This document shows, piece after piece, positions 52,180-54,600 of a stretch of 54,600 nucleotides of DNA (positions are counted from its first letter, which is position 1; every line of letters starts with the position of its first letter). The stretch is from NCBI GenBank assembly GCA_000934665.2, contig JYFJ02002570.1, positions 1 through 54,600 on the forward strand. The letters run 5' to 3'. The translations under genes and the position numbers were made by a program. Below the pieces are notes generated by a model. That model had not been told where the DNA came from, did no database searches, and saw only the letters and a list, made by a program, of their open reading frames with translations. This stretch comes from Catajapyx aquilonaris (lineage: Eukaryota).

Positions 52180-52858
52180 TGACTGATTAAATATGAACTT
52201 GATATTTGGATTTTTTATTATTGTGTGATTGGCCTCATTGATAAGCAGGGTGGTTCCATTTCAGATCAGCCAGCGAGTGAAAAAAGGTGTCAGGTCATAG
52301 TCATCGATTTTTTTGAAAAAAATATATGTGAAACCCACATCCAATTGAACTCTTATGGAGCAATCAGTTTTACCAGATTAAATTTAGTTATCGAGATATC
52401 AATATTTCTTTGAAGGGGTACCAAAGTCACAAGCACGCGAAGACGCACTTTTTCCCGCTTTTTCCATTGCTTTCAATGAGGATATCTCGGGAACTGTTCT
52501 GAGAACCAACATGAAATTTTTAACTCATGCTTTTGGAATAACACACTGTCATTTAATGCATAAATTTACTCTATTTAATGGTACAGTCACCTGCAAAAAA
52601 ATCACCAATCTTGCATATTTTGGTCAAAATGCGCATATTTCGCAATTTATTACGCCGTTATGGTAAACGTGACGGTTGTGCTGATTATATTTTGTGATAT
52701 ACTCGGTGACTAGGAGAATGCGATATAAGTGTGGAATTGATAGGTTTTTATTTTCACGAGTCTTATCAGTAAGTACCTGGATATTGTTATTGGAAATTAT
52801 TCCCAAGCGTACACGATAAAGCACAAATTCACTATTATTTTGCTGTCTCATTATTTTA

Positions 52859-52993
52859 TTGTTAGTTCATCAACAATCGATCAGCAATCGATCAACAATG
52901 CTAATAATCAGATCGATTGTTAGTGCATCAACAATCAATCAGCAATGTTAGTGATGAAATCAATTGTTAGTTCATCAACAATCGATCAACAAT
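52859..52993. repeat. Degenerate tandem repeat (ttgttagttcatcaacaatcgatca core, three copies), probably inside an old DNA transposon at about 52413-53432
   Basis: Core recurs at about 52859, 52917 and 52964. Confidence 0.7.
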
Positions 52994-53583
52994 GGCTTAG
53001 ATGCAATGATTTTTTTCTCTTTCTAATACCTGTAATAAGTTGTCGGGTGCCTATTAATTTTTATTTGTGGAGTTGTTCCCCTTGGTTTGAGATTTCCATA
53101 CGATTCCATTTTGCCTCTCCTGATCAATAATGGCTGTTTAAAGTTATTAAAAAGCTGGCATCTGGAATGAAGATGGCCTATTCCTAATGTTCATATATTA
53201 AGTAGTAGCCCTTGTTTTGAGGATTTCAGATCAGTTTCCATTATGTCTCTGCGATCAGTAATGGCTGATTTACGATTTTTTAAAGACTCGAAATGCCCGC
53301 CATCTGGAATCTAGATGATGGAGTTCCAGTTTCGGACTTTTCCCTAGTGTCCCAGACCGTAACCTATCTTTATGCCAAATTTGGTGTCTCTATGATAGCT
53401 GTAAGTACATGATCAATTTGATTATCACCACCTATATATATATATTACGCAACCACGCAACGCAGAGGTATAATAATTTGGGTTCCTGCATAGGTCGATG
53501 AGTAGTACACGTCATTAAATTTTGGTCAAGGTCCTCAAAGATTTGTCGGAAGGTGCTCCGCTTGACGTGGAATGCCTCATATA

Positions 53584-53969
53584 CAGGGTGATCAAACTTT
53601 TTTGTCGTTTTAGTTATTGACAAATTCGGCCTAAGCTGCTTATATTGTAGCCCGTTCCCTGGCAACTCCGTCTGACGGGCCAATTCAAACATCAGCATAT
53701 GGAGACTGCTTCCATTGTTGCCACTGTTTACTAATTGAGTGAGTGACGCGGATGACCCAGCGACGGATCTCTTCTGCCTGCGCACTCACTCATTCGATTT
53801 GTAAACAGTGGCAACAATGGAAGCAGTCTCCATGGGCTGATGCGGGCTGATGTTTGAATTGGCCCGCCGGACAGGGATGCCAGGTAACGCACTACAACAT
53901 AAGCAGCTTAGGCCGAATTTGTCAATAGCTGCGTGATAGCTGTTCGGACAAAAAAGTTGGACCACCCTG
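53584..53969. mobile_element. Tc1/mariner-type palindromic MITE
   Basis: TA|CAGGGTG...CACCCTG|TA, with degenerate inverted arms along nearly the whole length. Confidence 0.85.
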
Positions 53970-54096
53970 TATATATATATTAGTCCGGGTGCTAAGGGGT
54001 TGAACTTTGCATTTTGTGACAAAAGTATGAAACTCGGTACACTTGTCCTTTGGACACTTCTGATCATATCTGTGTCGGATTCGTCCTTGCCTAAGC

Positions 54097-54600
54097 TGTG
54101 AATCCCTGAGAAAGCACCCCCCAGGCCCCGAAATAACAAGACAGGTTTCTCGTGGTCACTCGGCGTCGGCCATCCCAGCCCAACTCACCTAGCTGCTTTA
54201 TTGGCATACAAATAGCTATTACCACATCTCCCCTTCTTCTCTGGCTTGACCCACCCTTACAAGTCCAAAATAACCGGCGGTTTTACCACCCGCCCACTGC
54301 GGGTCACCCTCGGCTGGCTCGGCATCATGGACCCTCGACCTGGAGACGGAGGTCCTCGTTCGGCCTCCTGAACCTCTTGTTCATCTGGGTGGTCGTCGTC
54401 TTCTTCGAACTGCTCAGCGCCAGCTGCCTGCCACCCTGCCGCATTGGGGTCTCGGACTAGGTGGTATGAAGTCCTCCGGAGCTTCCCCTGAGGCGTATCT
54501 ACTTTGTAAGAGCGTGGTGTCTCTGCTTCCCCTACGATGCGCCCTGGACGTCCCACGTCGCGTACCCACACCGCCTCGCCTGACTGAAAGGGTTGACGAG
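54097..54600 (-). mobile_element. 3' end of a Gypsy (Mag-like) LTR retrotransposon, truncated by the window edge
   Basis: Minus strand: pol C-terminus, stop, polypurine tract AGAGAAGAAGGGGAGA, then LTR starting TGTGG at 54226 and containing AATAAA. LTR end (CA) tentatively at 54097. Confidence 0.85.
54257..54598 (-). CDS. pol: Gypsy pol polyprotein, integrase C-terminal region (partial)
   Basis: PFQSGEAVWVRD...TPRSYKVDTPQGKLRRTSYHL...TRSGRVVKPPVILDL*, motifs typical of the post-integrase tail of Mag/K02A2.6-like elements. Frame open to the window end. Confidence 0.85.
   Translation of the reverse strand, partial: RQPFQSGEAVWVRDVGRPGRIVGEAETPRSYKVDTPQGKLRRTSYHLVRDPNAAGWQAAGAEQFEEDDDHPDEQEVQEAERGPPSPGRGSMMPSQPRVTRSGRVVKPPVILDL

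Larger units (their letters stand above)
48350..52200 (+). other. Probable long 3' UTR of the KLF gene
   Basis: AT-rich, CpG-poor sequence after the stop. AATAAA at 50372, 50645 and 52174; the last is followed by a U/GU-rich tract. Confidence 0.5.

Noticed and set aside
52859..52993. CRISPR-like repeat-spacer array
   Set aside because: Only three degenerate units, with spacers related to the repeat, a eukaryotic context and no cas genes.

Overview
Eukaryotic (animal, probably arthropod-like invertebrate) genomic DNA. Most of the window is one large + strand gene for a Kruppel-like factor of the KLF3/8/12 (insect dar1-like) type. It has an N-terminal PVDLS CtBP-binding motif, a Ser/Pro-rich middle and three C-terminal C2H2 zinc fingers. 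A phase-consistent six-exon model (7596-7613, 9487-9606, 13075-13300, 22375-22555, 44769-45022, 48177-48349; 972 nt, 323 aa) can be built by eye. The last two exons and the PVDLS exon are secure; the others are inferred. The introns and long AT-rich 3' region hold many non-autonomous DNA transposons (piggyBac-, Harbinger-, hAT- and Tc1/mariner-type termini and TSDs), several of them long palindromes or nested. There are also tRNA-derived SINE fragments, microsatellites and, at the right edge, the 3' end of a Gypsy (Mag-like) LTR retrotransposon. Nearly all other ORFs in the track look spurious. I see no clearly new multi-gene system. The best leads are: candidate PVDLS-less isoforms; a nuclear-receptor element cluster; repeated perfect CRE sites; a roughly 1 kb foldback hairpin in the last intron; a MITE whose interior is identical to a nearby TIR-less sequence; transposon excision footprints with an internal control; and a miR-1/Pumilio module in the distal 3' UTR.
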